Assembly: GCF_018350175.1 (NCBI RefSeq)
Contig: NC_058368.1
Coordinates: forward strand, 63,490,001 to 63,554,000
Source of the DNA: Felis catus
Taxonomy: Eukaryota
Reading direction: 5' to 3'
Length of the DNA stretch: 64,000 bases
Made by a program: the position numbers and the translations under genes. The notes beneath the pieces are model-generated. The model saw nothing but the letters and a program-made list of their open reading frames with translations. It was not told the DNA's origin and did no database searches. Below are positions 62,850 to 64,000 of the stretch, in pieces (within the stretch, counting starts at the first letter, position 1; each line of letters begins with the position of its first letter).

Positions 62850-64000
62850 GACAGGCAAGTAGAAGTGACTCCCAGAGCGGGGATGAGGGAGAGGGGAGTG
62901 AAAACAGGAAAAGAGTTAAGTTGGTCACTACTAAAATTGCCAGGTGTTCCATCCCATGAAACCCTCAGAATACCCTCACAAAATGCGTTCCAAAACTGTC
63001 TGCCTTGGGAGGGAAAAGGAGGACTCGTTTTTCTTATTGGTTTTCATTTCCTGCTGAAATTGCTTCTGGGTGTTAACCACCCCACTCTTCTGGGTAGCAG
63101 ATATATATGGGTACAAAAACAGACACAGAGATCAATGGAACAGAATAGAAAACCCAGCAATGGACCCACAACTATATGGTCAGCTAATTTTTGACAAAGC
63201 AGGGAAGAATGTCCAATGGAAAAAAAGACCGGCTCTTCAACAAATGCTGTTGGGAAAACTGGACCACTCTCTTACACCGTACATAAAAATAAATTCAAAA
63301 TGGATGAAAGACCCAAATGTGAGACAGGAAACCATCAAAATCCTAGAGGAGAACACAGGCAGTGCTGTAGCAACTTCATACTGGAAGCTGGAGCATGAGG
63401 TGTCTTCAAGGAGATTAAAATGGTGCACACGAGATGTCCAATAGCACACACACCTCAGATCTGCTGGTGTCCTGCATTAATTGCAATCCATTGTAGAGTT
63501 CCTGTAAAATGATGCCTGGTCATGATCTCAGCACACTTAACATGACAGCATTACTGAAATAAGTGTGGTCCTATTACTGCAGCTAGTCCTGCCTCTGTTT
63601 TGATATTCATCATTTCCTTCTTCCACCACGTTTTCTGGATTTATTGATCTCCTTGTCTCTCAGCTTGCATCTCAGCTGATGTTGGTCACTTGCTTGGTGT
63701 GATTATCCAGGCCTTCACCCCTAAAGACTTTGACCCCTTACTTGCCATATCATATTTGGGTTGCAGTTGCTGTAATTACCATTCATCATGATCAACGGGC
63801 ATAGAGGCACAAAGAGACACCCTAGTGAATTCCCTGGGCTCAATATATACTCTTCACTCACCTCATTTTGTACTAGCAACTCTAGCTCATGGTGATCAGG
63901 ATGAATTACATTCACCATTACAGTAACTCCTTTATCTGCCTCCCCCCCTTGCAAACTTGTCACCTGCACTAAGAAGCCCAAAGTTACCAAGGCTAGTTTT
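62850..64000 (-). mobile_element. ERVL-class provirus relic: dUTPase-region internal sequence (63721-63990) and a probable 3' LTR (~62850-63445, interrupted by L1)
   Basis: ORF 63721-63990(-) GFLV...ADKGVTVMVNVIHPDHHELELLVQNEVSEEYILSPGNSLGCLFVPLCPLIMMNG resembles recalled ERVL dUTPase (KKGVTVLAGVIDPDY.GEI.LLLHNG..EEYVW..GDPLG.LLVLPCPVI.VNG). Confidence 0.7.
63108..63363 (+). mobile_element. Carnivore L1 ORF2 fragment
   Basis: [37 protein letters not shown]...[29 protein letters not shown]. Confidence 0.95.

Noticed and set aside
51400..64000. Exons or promoter of GPC5, the known downstream neighbour of MIR17HG
   Set aside because: No second CpG island or glypican-like coding sequence is visible. 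The gene presumably starts beyond the window.

Overview
Mammalian genomic DNA from a carnivore, most likely a felid, judged by the many tRNA-derived CAN-SINEs and carnivore L1 3' ends. The only gene is the non-coding host gene MIR17HG (C13orf25) on the + strand. It has a CpG-island promoter (~44.4-46.3 kb), inferred exons at ~44766-45040, 46825-46896, 47286-47354 and 50679-~51345, and the complete miR-17~92 polycistron (miR-17, 18a, 19a, 20a, 19b-1, 92a-1) at 47720-48502. The rest is gene desert filled with SINEs, L1/L2/MIR, MaLR/ERVL LTRs, DNA-transposon relics and microsatellites. No conventional protein-coding gene is supported. The main system here is well known, not new. The observations most worth following up are: a 52-codon ORF that exists only after splicing of host exons 1-3; a 12-bp direct repeat bracketing the miRNA cluster; cryptic 3' splice sites plus AATAAA just upstream of miR-17; a basal-stem substitution in pre-miR-19b-1; and a locally templated ~100-bp insertion near 62.4 kb. 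Repeat subfamily names and comparisons with human sequence come from memory and need database confirmation.
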